A DNA stretch of 64,000 bases from a virus, in the IMG/VR virus record IMGVR_UViG_3300023049_000574, positions 1-64,000 of that record. One strand, 5' to 3'. The position numbers and the translations under genes were made by a program. The notes beneath the pieces are model-generated. The model ran no database searches, had not been told where the DNA came from, and saw only the letters and a list, made by a program, of their open reading frames with translations. Positions 20,889-31,237 of the stretch are shown one piece after another; position 1 is the stretch's first letter; each line of letters starts with the position of its first letter.

Positions 20889-22670
20889 ATGAGATATATA
20901 CTTCTATTAGAATATTATAATGATTTACAAAACGAATATTTCTTTTTGAGAAAAGAACCTAAGTATTTAGATATTTTTAAAAAAATGAAAGATAACGGAG
21001 CGTCCTTAGAAGAACTAGAAGAACTATATAATAGAATCAAAGGACATAAGAATACGTTAAAGCAACAGGATGTGAACCTTTTGGAATTAGACTTTGATGA
21101 AGAAGGAACAGATATCTACGAAAAAATAATTGACGTATTACAAGAAATTAACCTTACTGAAAAATTCAATAAATTCTCAAAATTACTTCCGAAACACCTA
21201 AGAGATGATATTAGAAACAAAAAAGAATATAGATCTAGGTTCAAAGAACTAATTATAGAATTTGATTACGATTATTATAAGAAATTCTTATCAACGGTTG
21301 CGAAGATAAAGGATGTTGATACACTTATTAAAAATATCGAGAAGTTCTTAGATAATAAAGATAGACATCAGATTATTAAGTCTATTGGAGAAATAGATGG
21401 TGTAGAGGTGTTCTTAAACAATAAAGATTATATAGTAGCCATAGTTTATAGTAGAGAAGCTTCGTGTGAATTAGGCGTATCACAATGGTGTATATCAACA
21501 CCCCAAAATAGTATGTGGAATCATTATGTAGAACACAAATCAGGTGTGCAATATTTTATGTGGGATTTAACATTAGGATCAACTAACCCATTATCTAAGA
21601 TAGGGATAACTATTTATAAAGCTGATTTCGATGCTTTCGATAAGGCTAATAACCGATTTAACGGAGCAATGGAAACTAAGTGGTGGAAAGAATTAAAAGA
21701 CGTTACAGAGCTTAATGACGATCAGCTACTCAAATATTTAAAACATAATACTAATAAAGACGCTTTTATACAATTAAGTGATGATAAGAAAAAGGAAGTT
21801 ATTAGAGAAAAACCACAATATTTATCTTACACATTAGATAGTATATATACTAAGGAAGAATTAAACGAATTAATAATGTCTAACCCTAATGTATTATTAT
21901 ATTTAGACGAACAATTTTTCGAAAGAGTTAAAAAAGAAATGGGCAATAAAATAATGGATCTTGTTATTAAAGCACCCTTACTTTTGTTGAAACAAAGCTC
22001 TATGGTAAAAGATGCGACACCCGATCAAAAGGCAGAGTATATTTGTAGTTATTTTAGTTTTGATAATTACCACACTGATAAATTAGAAGCACATTTAATT
22101 AATATTAAACACATATTTAATGAAGAATTCCAAGATCACAAATTCTTATTGCGATTATTAGATTGTAACCCAAGTATAATACATTACTTGCAAAATATAT
22201 ATCAAAGGGATTTGAAAAACGGTTTGTTGTTAATTTCTGATTTAGTAGATAAGTATGAAAGTAATAAAGATCATTGGAACGAATCTTTAAGTATATTAAG
22301 CGATAACTCTTTAATGAAAAGGTATTTTATAAACGGTGTTTATAAAGATTATGTAGATCAAGACTTATATATCTTTAATGGATCTATGGAAAAGAAAAAA
22401 GTAGGGACTAGTGATAGTGGTAGAGACCTATTTGAAGAAGTATTGGACATCGAAAGAATGGTTAAATACAATCCCCTTATAACTGAGCATGAAGCTAGTG
22501 GTATGAAAATGAGATCTAAGTTCGAGAGTTCTAAAAAACTAAAAACATATGGAATTTGGACATCTAAGAATATGTTCGCAGAAGAAGGACAACTATTTGT
22601 TGATCGTGATGTATATGAAGGCGACCAAATGATACAAGACTTGATTCAGGAAAAGATGTTTGAGATTTAA
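20889..22670 (+). CDS. hypothetical head-protein candidate (ASCELG..WCIS motif; MRYILLLE N-terminus)
   Basis: 593 aa; late motif upstream; WC-motif domain typical of jumbo phages. Confidence 0.65.
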   Translation: MRYILLLEYYNDLQNEYFFLRKEPKYLDIFKKMKDNGASLEELEELYNRIKGHKNTLKQQDVNLLELDFDEEGTDIYEKIIDVLQEINLTEKFNKFSKLLPKHLRDDIRNKKEYRSRFKELIIEFDYDYYKKFLSTVAKIKDVDTLIKNIEKFLDNKDRHQIIKSIGEIDGVEVFLNNKDYIVAIVYSREASCELGVSQWCISTPQNSMWNHYVEHKSGVQYFMWDLTLGSTNPLSKIGITIYKADFDAFDKANNRFNGAMETKWWKELKDVTELNDDQLLKYLKHNTNKDAFIQLSDDKKKEVIREKPQYLSYTLDSIYTKEELNELIMSNPNVLLYLDEQFFERVKKEMGNKIMDLVIKAPLLLLKQSSMVKDATPDQKAEYICSYFSFDNYHTDKLEAHLINIKHIFNEEFQDHKFLLRLLDCNPSIIHYLQNIYQRDLKNGLLLISDLVDKYESNKDHWNESLSILSDNSLMKRYFINGVYKDYVDQDLYIFNGSMEKKKVGTSDSGRDLFEEVLDIERMVKYNPLITEHEASGMKMRSKFESSKKLKTYGIWTSKNMFAEEGQLFVDRDVYEGDQMIQDLIQEKMFEI

Positions 22671-23092
22671 ATCAACTGATCGATAAAGAAATCCCTCAAT
22701 ATATGTTTATAATCTTCTCTATGTAATAGATTAGTATAAAAATCTATTTTGTTTATCCTTGCTTGGTTCGTATATTCATATTTTTTTTTCTTATAAACAC
22801 CTATGTCTGTTTTACCATCTACGGTTCTAAAGCTTATAAACTTCTCATTTATTTTAGTTATCACAATAGTAATAGAACCAATAAAGAACCTTTTATTATT
22901 AAAGTTAAAATTTTTAATGATATTGTCTTCTTGTACCATTTCCATATCACTTAACTTTTCTGAAAATTCAGAAATCATTTCCTTGGTTTTATTATGGTTA
23001 ATAAAGAATTCCTTTCTATGGTATTCTCTATTGTCCAACACTTCTTGGAATTCAGGGAATAATTTATAAAGCACCTTTTCTCTACTATTCAT
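22667..23092 (-). CDS. hypothetical protein with LRDFFIDQLI tag
   Basis: ORF overlapping the stop of the HD gene. Confidence 0.7.
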   Translation of the reverse strand: MNSREKVLYKLFPEFQEVLDNREYHRKEFFINHNKTKEMISEFSEKLSDMEMVQEDNIIKNFNFNNKRFFIGSITIVITKINEKFISFRTVDGKTDIGVYKKKKYEYTNQARINKIDFYTNLLHREDYKHILRDFFIDQLI

Positions 23093-23615
23093 ATACCGTT
23101 ATTTTGCTTTCTATTTTACTAATAAGTTCTTGGTGTGTTTCAGATAAAAATCTATCTTTTAATTTGTCTAAAATATACCTTGTTTCACTAACATACTTTT
23201 CTCTAAAACTATCAGAAGCTTTAGGTAAATCAGAACAGTTATGTAATCGATCTGCTAGTTTAATTACTAACGCATAGCTAGTCATTTTAAGCATTTTCCT
23301 AGAAAGATATTCTTTCTTTCCTATTTTCTCTATCTCATCTTTATCTGATGTCAATTCATATACGATTGATGCAACAGATTCACCGAACTCTTTTTCAATA
23401 TCTTCTAAGGTAACATCTGTGTCTTCAACAGTATCGTGTAACAAAGAAGCAATAAGTAACTTAATTATCTTATTACTTCTTTTGTGATCTTTCACAATCT
23501 TAGCAACTGCAGCAGGATGGTGTGCATATTCTAATTTTGAATACTTTCTGAATTGACCCTCATGGGATACAATCATTAGCTCTAACGCCTTTCTTAGCTC
23601 TGACTTAGGTTTCAT
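23085..23615 (-). CDS. HD-domain (p)ppGpp hydrolase (small alarmone hydrolase, Mesh1/SpoT-HD-like)
   Basis: HEGQFRK, Y.HHP..VA, LLHDTVEDT, IKLADRLHN. Confidence 0.9.
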   Translation of the reverse strand: MKPKSELRKALELMIVSHEGQFRKYSKLEYAHHPAAVAKIVKDHKRSNKIIKLLIASLLHDTVEDTDVTLEDIEKEFGESVASIVYELTSDKDEIEKIGKKEYLSRKMLKMTSYALVIKLADRLHNCSDLPKASDSFREKYVSETRYILDKLKDRFLSETHQELISKIESKITVYE

Positions 23616-23619
23616 AGTA

Positions 23620-23627
23620 CAAAGATA
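23620..23627 (-). promoter_or_regulatory. Bacteroidota-type -7 promoter element TAnnTTTG
   Basis: TATCTTTG 4 nt before ATG 23615. TATATTTG also at 25699-25706 (-), 49726-49733 (-) and 39137-39144 (+), each 1-4 nt before an ATG. Confidence 0.65.
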
Positions 23628-23650
23628 CGAATTTTTTTATATATATTATA

Positions 23651-23983
23651 ATGGATATTACTAATAAATACCTTAGCGTTCTCTCCGAATGTGTGTTCAT
23701 CTCTAAAATGAACAACGGATTTATAACAAATTGCAATTGTACATTAGAAAACCTAACAGATGATTATGATCGGGATAAGATCTTCAAAGAGAATAGAGGT
23801 ACGTTCAGAGGCTTAGTTAATAAATCGAATGGTCGAAAGTATATTACTTTGTTAGACAGTAAGTTGTGTGAATTGAAAGATTTCTATATAATAGATAAGA
23901 ACAAAAAGGATATATCAGATTTAACATTCGCTCAATACAAGGCATATTTAAGAGATAAGAAAATAGACGATATATTGGACTAG
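23651..23983 (+). CDS. hypothetical protein with LRDKKIDDIL tag
   Basis: ORF. Confidence 0.7.
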   Translation: MDITNKYLSVLSECVFISKMNNGFITNCNCTLENLTDDYDRDKIFKENRGTFRGLVNKSNGRKYITLLDSKLCELKDFYIIDKNKKDISDLTFAQYKAYLRDKKIDDILD

Positions 23984-24033
23984 AGAAGAAAGACATTTTC
24001 TAATATATAGTTTATAAAAATAAGATTAAAATT

Positions 24034-24264
24034 ATGGAATTTATTAAGTGGGCTTTAGGTCACAAGAAACATTGGTATAAATTAGTAATATTATTTCCTA
24101 TTGGTTTAATAGGATGTATATTCCTTTTACCCGAAGCGTATAGTAGCGATTCTGCATTGGTTGCTAAAATTATGATCACAGTAGCCTTAGTAGGATTTAC
24201 ATCTGCGATTGTATATCAGCCTTATACTATTTACAAAAGGCTCAAAAGAATGGGTGAACTGTAA
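24034..24264 (+). CDS. small two-TM membrane protein
   Basis: Two hydrophobic segments. Confidence 0.7.
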   Translation: MEFIKWALGHKKHWYKLVILFPIGLIGCIFLLPEAYSSDSALVAKIMITVALVGFTSAIVYQPYTIYKRLKRMGEL

Positions 24265-24387
24265 GGAAGAATATATTATTTACTATATATTGAGTTGATT
24301 ATTTAATGTCCTGTTATCATAGGGTAACAGTCGAGAAATACTTAGTGTTTCGAAGATATTAAAATAAAAAAAAATAAAATATCAATT

Positions 24388-25197
24388 ATGAAAAGTTTTA
24401 ACAAAAAACCGAGTGCATGGATATGTACTAATGACAAAAATCGTCAAAACAGAGGTAGGGCAAAGATCTACCAACCACAATCAAAAGTTTACCTTAACGA
24501 CAACGAAGAATTCGAAATAGAACTATTTAACCCTAGTTCCTATAACGTAAAAGCCGTTATTAAGATCGATGGTAAAGCAATTATGCAAGGTGGTTTAGTA
24601 TTAAGATCAGGAGAAAGAGTTTACTTAGAATGTTTCCCTGACAACAAAAAGAAATTTACTTTTAAGACATATGAAGTAGAAAACTCAAATGAAGTTATTG
24701 AAGCTATTAGTGAAAATGGTAACGTTGAGATAAATTTCTATAGAGAAAAGATTATCGATTATTATTTCTATAATAGTACTAATTTTGATACATCAATTAA
24801 TATCGGAAATACAAGATGTTTTGATAACTCATCAAGTACTGTTTTTGGGTCACCAACAACTACTTTAACTAACTTTGGTTCTTCTTCGGATACAGTTTCT
24901 ACTGCTTATTTTTCAAGTAATATTGAAACAGGGCAAGTGGACGGTGGTTTACAGTCGGATCAAAATTTCACACCTGTGGGTATGGACTTCGAAACATGGG
25001 TATTATCATCTTATAGTTTTAAACTATTACCGATGAGTCAAAAACCTGCCGAACCTAAACAGTTTAAGGTCGATAAGGAAAAAGTCAATACGATAGGTAA
25101 TAAAATAAAACTATTGTCTGAGTTAAATCAACTTAAAGAAAGTGGCACAATAACCCACAAAGAATTTAAGGAGATGAAAAGTGAGATCATGGACTAA
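24388..25197 (+). CDS. hypothetical protein with C-terminal SHOCT-like helix
   Basis: EFEIELFNP beta domain; LSELNQLKESGTITHKEFKEMKSEIM. Confidence 0.75.
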   Translation: MKSFNKKPSAWICTNDKNRQNRGRAKIYQPQSKVYLNDNEEFEIELFNPSSYNVKAVIKIDGKAIMQGGLVLRSGERVYLECFPDNKKKFTFKTYEVENSNEVIEAISENGNVEINFYREKIIDYYFYNSTNFDTSINIGNTRCFDNSSSTVFGSPTTTLTNFGSSSDTVSTAYFSSNIETGQVDGGLQSDQNFTPVGMDFETWVLSSYSFKLLPMSQKPAEPKQFKVDKEKVNTIGNKIKLLSELNQLKESGTITHKEFKEMKSEIMD

Positions 25198-25200
25198 GTG

Positions 25201-25228
25201 AAAAGGAGGGTATATCCCTCCTTTTTTT
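25201..25228. terminator. bidirectional intrinsic terminator
   Basis: AAAAGGAGGG-TATAT-CCCTCCTTTT(TTT) between convergent genes. Confidence 0.85.
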
Positions 25229-25694
25229 ATTCTTCTTCTTCTTCTTCTTCGTCGCTTAATATACTATCGATTGTACGATCTCTTAATATATCTTTAGATA
25301 AATGTTTAACTACCATATTGGGTTTGTTCGTAAATTTCATAGGTTTATTGCTATGTACGTTCCACGTAGATCTTGCGCCTTCCTTCTCTAAAACCTTCTG
25401 TCTACTGTGTATAATATCTTTATACATTTCATAAATATGATCTGTTTCGGGATCTTTACCTACCCCCATATTTTCGTGTTCGTGTAAATCAGGAAATAGA
25501 ATAGATTTAATTCCCTTAAAATGCTCCATTAGTTTATCACGATCTTCTGTACTGATACTACTCCGTAATATCATATCATTGTATGGATATGACCTATCGG
25601 GCATTTTACCTAACTTGATATCAACAGCAGTTTCTAAACAATTTGCTATAATGAAAAGTTGCTCATCATTAAGCGTAATTTCATATTCTTCCAT
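25227..25694 (-). CDS. hypothetical protein with LRDRTIDSIL tag
   Basis: ORF; TATATTTG upstream. Confidence 0.7.
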   Translation of the reverse strand: MEEYEITLNDEQLFIIANCLETAVDIKLGKMPDRSYPYNDMILRSSISTEDRDKLMEHFKGIKSILFPDLHEHENMGVGKDPETDHIYEMYKDIIHSRQKVLEKEGARSTWNVHSNKPMKFTNKPNMVVKHLSKDILRDRTIDSILSDEEEEEEE

Positions 25695-25711
25695 ATTACA
25701 AATATAGTAAA

Positions 25712-26560
25712 TTATATTCTTTTATATGCTTTCACATAATCAATATAATAATTAGTAGGATATTTAGCTTTCTCAGGGTTCTCGTTAGCTAGTACTGCAC
25801 CGTTTATAATAATGTGCATTTTATATTTAAACTCTTTTAAAACATCTCTTTCAGTTATTTTCCTAATCAATATTTTATCATAAAAGAATTTCATATAGCC
25901 CTCTTCCCATTCTAATGAATAGTTGTGGAAATCTTTAGATACGTCTTTAACTCTATGTGTATAAGTATTCCTTTTATTATCAGGTGTTTTTCCCCAATGT
26001 ATTGTAGTCGCTAGTTTATTAAATCCCTTAGTAGTATTCACTTCATAGATATCTATTTTTGAGGGATACGCATCGATGGTAGTCAAACAAAACGCAGGGA
26101 ACTGTCCGATCTGATCAGGCATCTTACTTCTTATCTCATAATACCCATATTTTTGTCTAAAATATTGACTTGAATCTATTTGTCCTGTTCTATAAAGTAT
26201 CTTAAAATACCCCCAATCCATACCATTCCAATCTACATGTTTTATTTTAATGGATTCATCAGTAGTGATTATATCTAATATACCGTCTTTTTCAGCAAAT
26301 GCGTTATCAGCAAAATATATTGATGGTGCTTTATTATCACCTTCTATTGTTCCCGAATGATACCTATAACCCTGATAACTCTTAGTTATCCATTTCTTTC
26401 TATCTAATGATCCTTTATTGAATCCATCGATAAAAGTAAGTTTATATTCCAACATATGTCGATCATCTATATCTATATTAAGTTTTAATATAACGAATAG
26501 TCTGATTTGTAAGTATAAGTTTACGACATAATCTTTTATTTTATCTATTTTTAAATTCAT
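25712..26560 (-). CDS. GH16 laminarinase-fold protein with degenerate active site
   Basis: YGYYEIRSKMP, FPAF, KIDIYE (canonical EIDIxE), DFHNYSLEW, FFYD, IDYVKAY. Confidence 0.8.
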   Translation of the reverse strand: MNLKIDKIKDYVVNLYLQIRLFVILKLNIDIDDRHMLEYKLTFIDGFNKGSLDRKKWITKSYQGYRYHSGTIEGDNKAPSIYFADNAFAEKDGILDIITTDESIKIKHVDWNGMDWGYFKILYRTGQIDSSQYFRQKYGYYEIRSKMPDQIGQFPAFCLTTIDAYPSKIDIYEVNTTKGFNKLATTIHWGKTPDNKRNTYTHRVKDVSKDFHNYSLEWEEGYMKFFYDKILIRKITERDVLKEFKYKMHIIINGAVLANENPEKAKYPTNYYIDYVKAYKRI

Positions 26561-27041
26561 TTAGCTTTTTTAAATATTTGAAATTCTCCTGTTTGAAAAA
26601 AGGATGTAATGCTATATTTTCTAATATATGTAATAGTAATGAGAGGTCTATATCTTCCTCGCTTTCGTTTAGAAATACTTCTACTCCATCTACATTAACA
26701 TAACTATATCTAAAGGTAAGCCTCGAATATTCTTCGCTTTCTAATATAACAGATTGTAAAGTCTGTAAACTCATTCCACCTTTCAATAAATTTACACTTT
26801 CTAGATTTATTAAATTAGCAAACGCAGTATGATTATTATTGTCTTTATATAAATAAAGGTCTGTTATATTTGCACCATTTGGTGATCCCCTTCTTACTTT
26901 AGCCATTATATTAACAAACATAGCAACTAATAGTTCAATTAGTTCTTCCCTATGTTTATAGCCAACTTCGTCTATTTTTTTATATAATGCTTCTTTTTCT
27001 TCGAGTAATTTGCCTACTTTCTTCTTTATGTCCTTTATCAT
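26541..27041 (-). CDS. hypothetical protein
   Basis: ORF; late motif upstream. Confidence 0.7.
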   Translation of the reverse strand: MIKDIKKKVGKLLEEKEALYKKIDEVGYKHREELIELLVAMFVNIMAKVRRGSPNGANITDLYLYKDNNNHTAFANLINLESVNLLKGGMSLQTLQSVILESEEYSRLTFRYSYVNVDGVEVFLNESEEDIDLSLLLHILENIALHPFFKQENFKYLKKLNEFKNR

Positions 27042-27051
27042 GTATTATATA

Positions 27052-27612
27052 TTAAAGGAAGTAGGTAGAAAAGCTTTCCAAGTATTTGAATTTATCTTTA
27101 TTTTTACTAGGTATTACTTGGTTTTCGTGTCTTAGAAAAACTACTTCTATATCATGTTTTTCTTCGATATAGTCTTTCACTTCTTTCAATGTCTTTGCTT
27201 TAATATTAAAGACGTGAACAAACCATTGTAATATAAAATGTTTCCTGTCTTCAGATTCGAAAAAGTATATCTTTTTCACTAATTTATTATCAAGTGGGAT
27301 TTCTCTTTTCAGTATTATTTCCTCGCTTTCAACGGTCTCAGGATTAGACTTATAATCATCTTCATCATTAAAATAGTTAAATGGATATAATTTATATCGT
27401 CTTTTAAGTTCTTCTCTATCAATCTCTAAACAAGCCCTAGTATTAATAGCCGTACCCATTATATTAAAATTCCTTGTGAAAAATATAGCAGGTTCGTTCT
27501 CGCCTTTAAATGATTGATGGTTATGGAAATTAGTATCCCTAATAGTTCTTAATGTACCTGATTTAAGTATTCTGAACATTTTAACATAGTCTGTGAAGTG
27601 GTATAAATTCAT
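27052..27612 (-). CDS. ADP-ribosyltransferase-fold-like protein (LYHFT...FTRN...ESEE family)
   Basis: Paralogue of 45371 and of the N-terminal domain of 61856. Confidence 0.55.
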   Translation of the reverse strand: MNLYHFTDYVKMFRILKSGTLRTIRDTNFHNHQSFKGENEPAIFFTRNFNIMGTAINTRACLEIDREELKRRYKLYPFNYFNDEDDYKSNPETVESEEIILKREIPLDNKLVKKIYFFESEDRKHFILQWFVHVFNIKAKTLKEVKDYIEEKHDIEVVFLRHENQVIPSKNKDKFKYLESFSTYFL

Positions 27613-27673
27613 GTATTATATATTAAAACAATTCTCATTAATTTTATATATAAGTAAAATATAATTTAAGCAT

Positions 27674-28783
27674 ATGAGCATAATTAATTTACCATCACAA
27701 ACAGACTTATCGGGGTTTTACGTAGTATACAAAGGATCTACTAATATTGAAGAAAAAGGAAACCTAGGAATAAGCCATTTAATGGAACATCTAGTATGTA
27801 AAGCATTAGATCCTTATCAAGATGATTTAGACCGTTTGGGTATAAATAGCAATGCATATACATCTAATAATGAGATCGTATTTCATATGAAAGGATTGGA
27901 AGAATCTTTAAACAAGTGGAGAACTAAGTATGTAGATCTATTATCTAACTTTGATGTTACGAAAGAAGAATTCGAGAACGAAAGAAACATCGTATTACAA
28001 GAGTATTATGATAGTTTTAACGATCAACAAGCAAACCATTGGTTAAATTTAGATAGGAAAACCTTTGGTAACTACAATGCGATTGGTTCAGGTGAAGATT
28101 TGAAAAATTTAACATACTTAGATTGTCTAAACTTCTTTGAGAAGCAATATATTAAACCTAGTTTTATTATCAATGTGAGTAAAGAAATTGAATTCGGTAC
28201 TGATATTAGCTTTAATAATATTGATTCGGATTTAGTATATACTAAGAAAGATCATCAGTTTGAATTACAGAGAAACAATGATTATAATAATAAAGTGTCT
28301 CTTATAATGAATTCAGAGTTGATGGACAAAGATTTCAATAAGATCAACTTTATAAACAACATGCTTGCTTCGGGTTTACAATCACCATTTTATCAAGAGA
28401 TAAGAGAGAAAAGAGGATTGGTCTATTATATAGGGGCTTCTTGTACTCAGTTAAATAAACAAGGATATAATAGTATTTATACAATGACTACTGAAGAAAA
28501 CATAGATAAGATTGTCGATATCACCTCTACTATATTTGGGGATATTGATAAATTCTTAACTAAGGAAAGGTTTAACGTAGTGAAAGAATCAATTCAGTTA
28601 CAATTAAAAGAAAGTGAGATTAATAGATATAAGAGTGTTAATAGATGGATCACACCTGATGGTTGGTCATTGGCTGAGATAGTTGATGACTTAGAATACT
28701 TAGAAGTTTTATCTATTGCTAAGAAGCATTTTAATATGGATAACTATACTGTTTCTAGGGATGATCAAGAATTCAAATCGTAA
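27674..28783 (+). CDS. M16 family zinc peptidase
   Basis: GISHLMEH (HxxEH), NAYTS, ERNIVLQE, QEIREKRGLVY. Confidence 0.92.
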   Translation: MSIINLPSQTDLSGFYVVYKGSTNIEEKGNLGISHLMEHLVCKALDPYQDDLDRLGINSNAYTSNNEIVFHMKGLEESLNKWRTKYVDLLSNFDVTKEEFENERNIVLQEYYDSFNDQQANHWLNLDRKTFGNYNAIGSGEDLKNLTYLDCLNFFEKQYIKPSFIINVSKEIEFGTDISFNNIDSDLVYTKKDHQFELQRNNDYNNKVSLIMNSELMDKDFNKINFINNMLASGLQSPFYQEIREKRGLVYYIGASCTQLNKQGYNSIYTMTTEENIDKIVDITSTIFGDIDKFLTKERFNVVKESIQLQLKESEINRYKSVNRWITPDGWSLAEIVDDLEYLEVLSIAKKHFNMDNYTVSRDDQEFKS

Positions 28784-28785
28784 AA

Positions 28786-28953
28786 ATGGATAAATCAATT
28801 CTTGACTATTTTAAAACAGTTATGGATTTTGATAATGAATCAAAGGAATATTGTGAAGTTACTGAGAAAGAATTCAAAGAAGAATTAGAGAAGTCACTAA
28901 ATTGTAATGGATCTACTAACAAGGAAATTGTTTGGGTAGATACCTTAATTTAA
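28786..28953 (+). CDS. small hypothetical protein (55 aa, not in ORF track)
   Basis: MDKSILDYF...VWVDTLI; fills the gap after the peptidase. Confidence 0.5.
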   Translation: MDKSILDYFKTVMDFDNESKEYCEVTEKEFKEELEKSLNCNGSTNKEIVWVDTLI

Positions 28954-28957
28954 TATT

Positions 28958-29092
28958 ATGGGAGAAGCATATTTAATAACGATAAGAGATTTTGAAATAG
29001 CACAAACACACACCGAATGGTGGAGGTTTAAAAGAATTAACTATTTACAAAAACAAATAGATCATTACGAAAAGTTACTTAATGATCTCTGA
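28958..29092 (+). CDS. small hypothetical protein (44 aa, not in ORF track)
   Basis: MGEAYLITIRDF...LLNDL. Confidence 0.45.
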   Translation: MGEAYLITIRDFEIAQTHTEWWRFKRINYLQKQIDHYEKLLNDL

Positions 29093-29124
29093 TAGTAATA
29101 TTTCAAACATCAAAAGAAATTGAT

Positions 29125-30135
29125 TTATTTAAAAGAGAAACATTTTTGGTAACGATCAGGATCTAAGTTTATTTTTTTATTTCCTTTTAGTTTCACTTTT
29201 CCTTTCTTAGATTTGTTTATGTTAACCTTATGTTTAGCTTCACTGTCCATTACTTTATAATAAACAGTAACAACATTTTCTTTAACCTCAACATCTTTCT
29301 TACCTGCTTCTTTCTTAGTCATCTTAAGTACTACTTTGTTATATCTCAATGCTTCATTTTCGCCCGAATCTTCATTCCATTGAATTCTTTGAGTAACTAC
29401 ACCGTCCTCTATTTGTGTCATATTAACTAAGATATTCTTCATAGCATCGTTTCTAGCCTCACTAAGACCTTCATTATTGCCTTCGTATCCATCTTTTTCT
29501 AAAGAACTTGATAAGTTATTAGATAGCCCTTGTCCATCTGTACTACTTTCTACTATAACATTTTCTAAACCATATCCTTTCTGTGAAATAGCATTAACTG
29601 TATCTTTTACATTTTGTACAAGTGGATTAGTTTTACTCATTTTATAGCTTCCGCTTTCAAAGAAGGCTTCTTCATACAGATCGATATAAATAGTACTTGG
29701 TTGTTCTTGGGTAATCAAAGTATCATAAGTAGTAATCTCAGCTATTTTTTCATATCCCGATCTCTCATAATCTTTAACAAATATTACGGGATCTTTCATA
29801 TCTTTAGCTTCTTCTACGAATTGTTTAGCAAGTTTAACCATTGTGTTTTGGTCAAATTCACCGTCTTCATATTTATCCATGATCTTCTCTAATTGGAATA
29901 TCATTTGTTTAGAGTTCTTATATCCTTTCTCATTTTGTTTAATAAATTCAATCAGTTTCTCGATATAATTAGTAGCTTCGGTTTCTGATAATTCAGCAAC
30001 TTCTTTATTATCGATAGTATTTGGATTACTATTCGCATATGACATAGACGGTGCTAATAACATTAGACCTGCTAAAAGGTTATGATACCATTTTTCATCT
30101 ATTCTTTCGAAATCTTTATATTTTTTAATATACAT
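29125..30135 (-). CDS. OmpA-like domain protein with CTS-like leader followed by a hydrophobic segment
   Basis: Start at Met10 (MYIKKYKDFERIDE); FFESGSY...VESSTDG...NEGLSEARNDAM resembles the OmpA C-terminal domain. Confidence 0.6.
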   Translation of the reverse strand: MYIKKYKDFERIDEKWYHNLLAGLMLLAPSMSYANSNPNTIDNKEVAELSETEATNYIEKLIEFIKQNEKGYKNSKQMIFQLEKIMDKYEDGEFDQNTMVKLAKQFVEEAKDMKDPVIFVKDYERSGYEKIAEITTYDTLITQEQPSTIYIDLYEEAFFESGSYKMSKTNPLVQNVKDTVNAISQKGYGLENVIVESSTDGQGLSNNLSSSLEKDGYEGNNEGLSEARNDAMKNILVNMTQIEDGVVTQRIQWNEDSGENEALRYNKVVLKMTKKEAGKKDVEVKENVVTVYYKVMDSEAKHKVNINKSKKGKVKLKGNKKINLDPDRYQKCFSFK

Positions 30136-30512
30136 TATTCTTCTAACATTTTTCTGAAGCACTCTTGGATAGAAACCTTTGTACTTTTAATAATATAGTC
30201 GTATATACTTGTGTTAACTGATAGATCAGCAGGAGATTTTTCAAAGTGATCTACGTTTGATAAAATCATATCGATTTGGTTTCTGTGTGTTAAATAAAAA
30301 TCAAAGACATCACTATCATTCACTAAACCAATAATTGTAGTAGAATCGTCTTCTATGTATGATCCCATTGTTTCTTTTTTCAATGTATCATCATCAGAAT
30401 TCACACTATTGTCTATTATTTCTAATAGACTAAGTTGTAGATCTTCTAATTCGGGATCTATATTAAGAGAATTCTGTAGACTCTCATTTATTTTAGTGAA
30501 TTTTTTAAACAT
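30135..30512 (-). CDS. hypothetical protein, CTS-like N-terminus (MFKKFTKINES)
   Basis: ORF; TAATATATA upstream. Confidence 0.75.
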   Translation of the reverse strand: MFKKFTKINESLQNSLNIDPELEDLQLSLLEIIDNSVNSDDDTLKKETMGSYIEDDSTTIIGLVNDSDVFDFYLTHRNQIDMILSNVDHFEKSPADLSVNTSIYDYIIKSTKVSIQECFRKMLEE

Positions 30513-30580
30513 AAGTCTAAGGTTATTTTACTTATATATTAAAATATTTCTTTAGTATTTGAAACATACTTGGATAGTTA

Positions 30581-31237
30581 ATGTATAATTATATGATAAA
30601 CTTATTTTATAGTTTTTATTTATCCGAAGATCGGGTTAGAAATAGTGAGTTATTACAGGCTTTAAATCATTCTATTTCTAATCAAATGATAGATAATATC
30701 TATCTAATGTCAACCTCAGAGTTATATGAAAGTATAAAGTATATGAGTAACAAATTAGTGTTTATTGAACAAGGGGGGATACCATCTTACAAAAAGGTAT
30801 TTAGTTTAATAGATGTATATACAGGTGAATCAGATATTAATATTATCACTAATTCAGATTGTTATTTTGATACAAAAACGTTTTATTATATTGATCAGAT
30901 AAAAGAAAACGAAGCTTGGTGCTTAACTAGATGGGATTATGATAAAGAAAAGAAAAAATCAGAGTTCAGAAATAGTAGTCAGTCTCAGGATGCTTGGATA
31001 ATAAGAGGTAAACCTAAAGAATTTAATGATATAGGTTTTCAGTTTGGGCGAGTAGGATGTGATAATAGAATAGCTTATGAGTTAAAAGAAGCAGGATATG
31101 ATGTTAAAAATCCATCAAAGACTATAAAGTTAGTACATCTACATAATTCCGATATTAGAACCAATGGTAGTAGTTATTCTAATAGGGAACATTTTAGAGT
31201 AAGAGGTGAATATTTATTTGTCGAACCAACGTTTTAA
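30581..31237 (+). CDS. GT-A fold glycosyltransferase-like protein
   Basis: ITNSDCYF, LTRWD, SQDAWI, GRVGCDNRIAY, HLH. Confidence 0.65.
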   Translation: MYNYMINLFYSFYLSEDRVRNSELLQALNHSISNQMIDNIYLMSTSELYESIKYMSNKLVFIEQGGIPSYKKVFSLIDVYTGESDINIITNSDCYFDTKTFYYIDQIKENEAWCLTRWDYDKEKKKSEFRNSSQSQDAWIIRGKPKEFNDIGFQFGRVGCDNRIAYELKEAGYDVKNPSKTIKLVHLHNSDIRTNGSSYSNREHFRVRGEYLFVEPTF

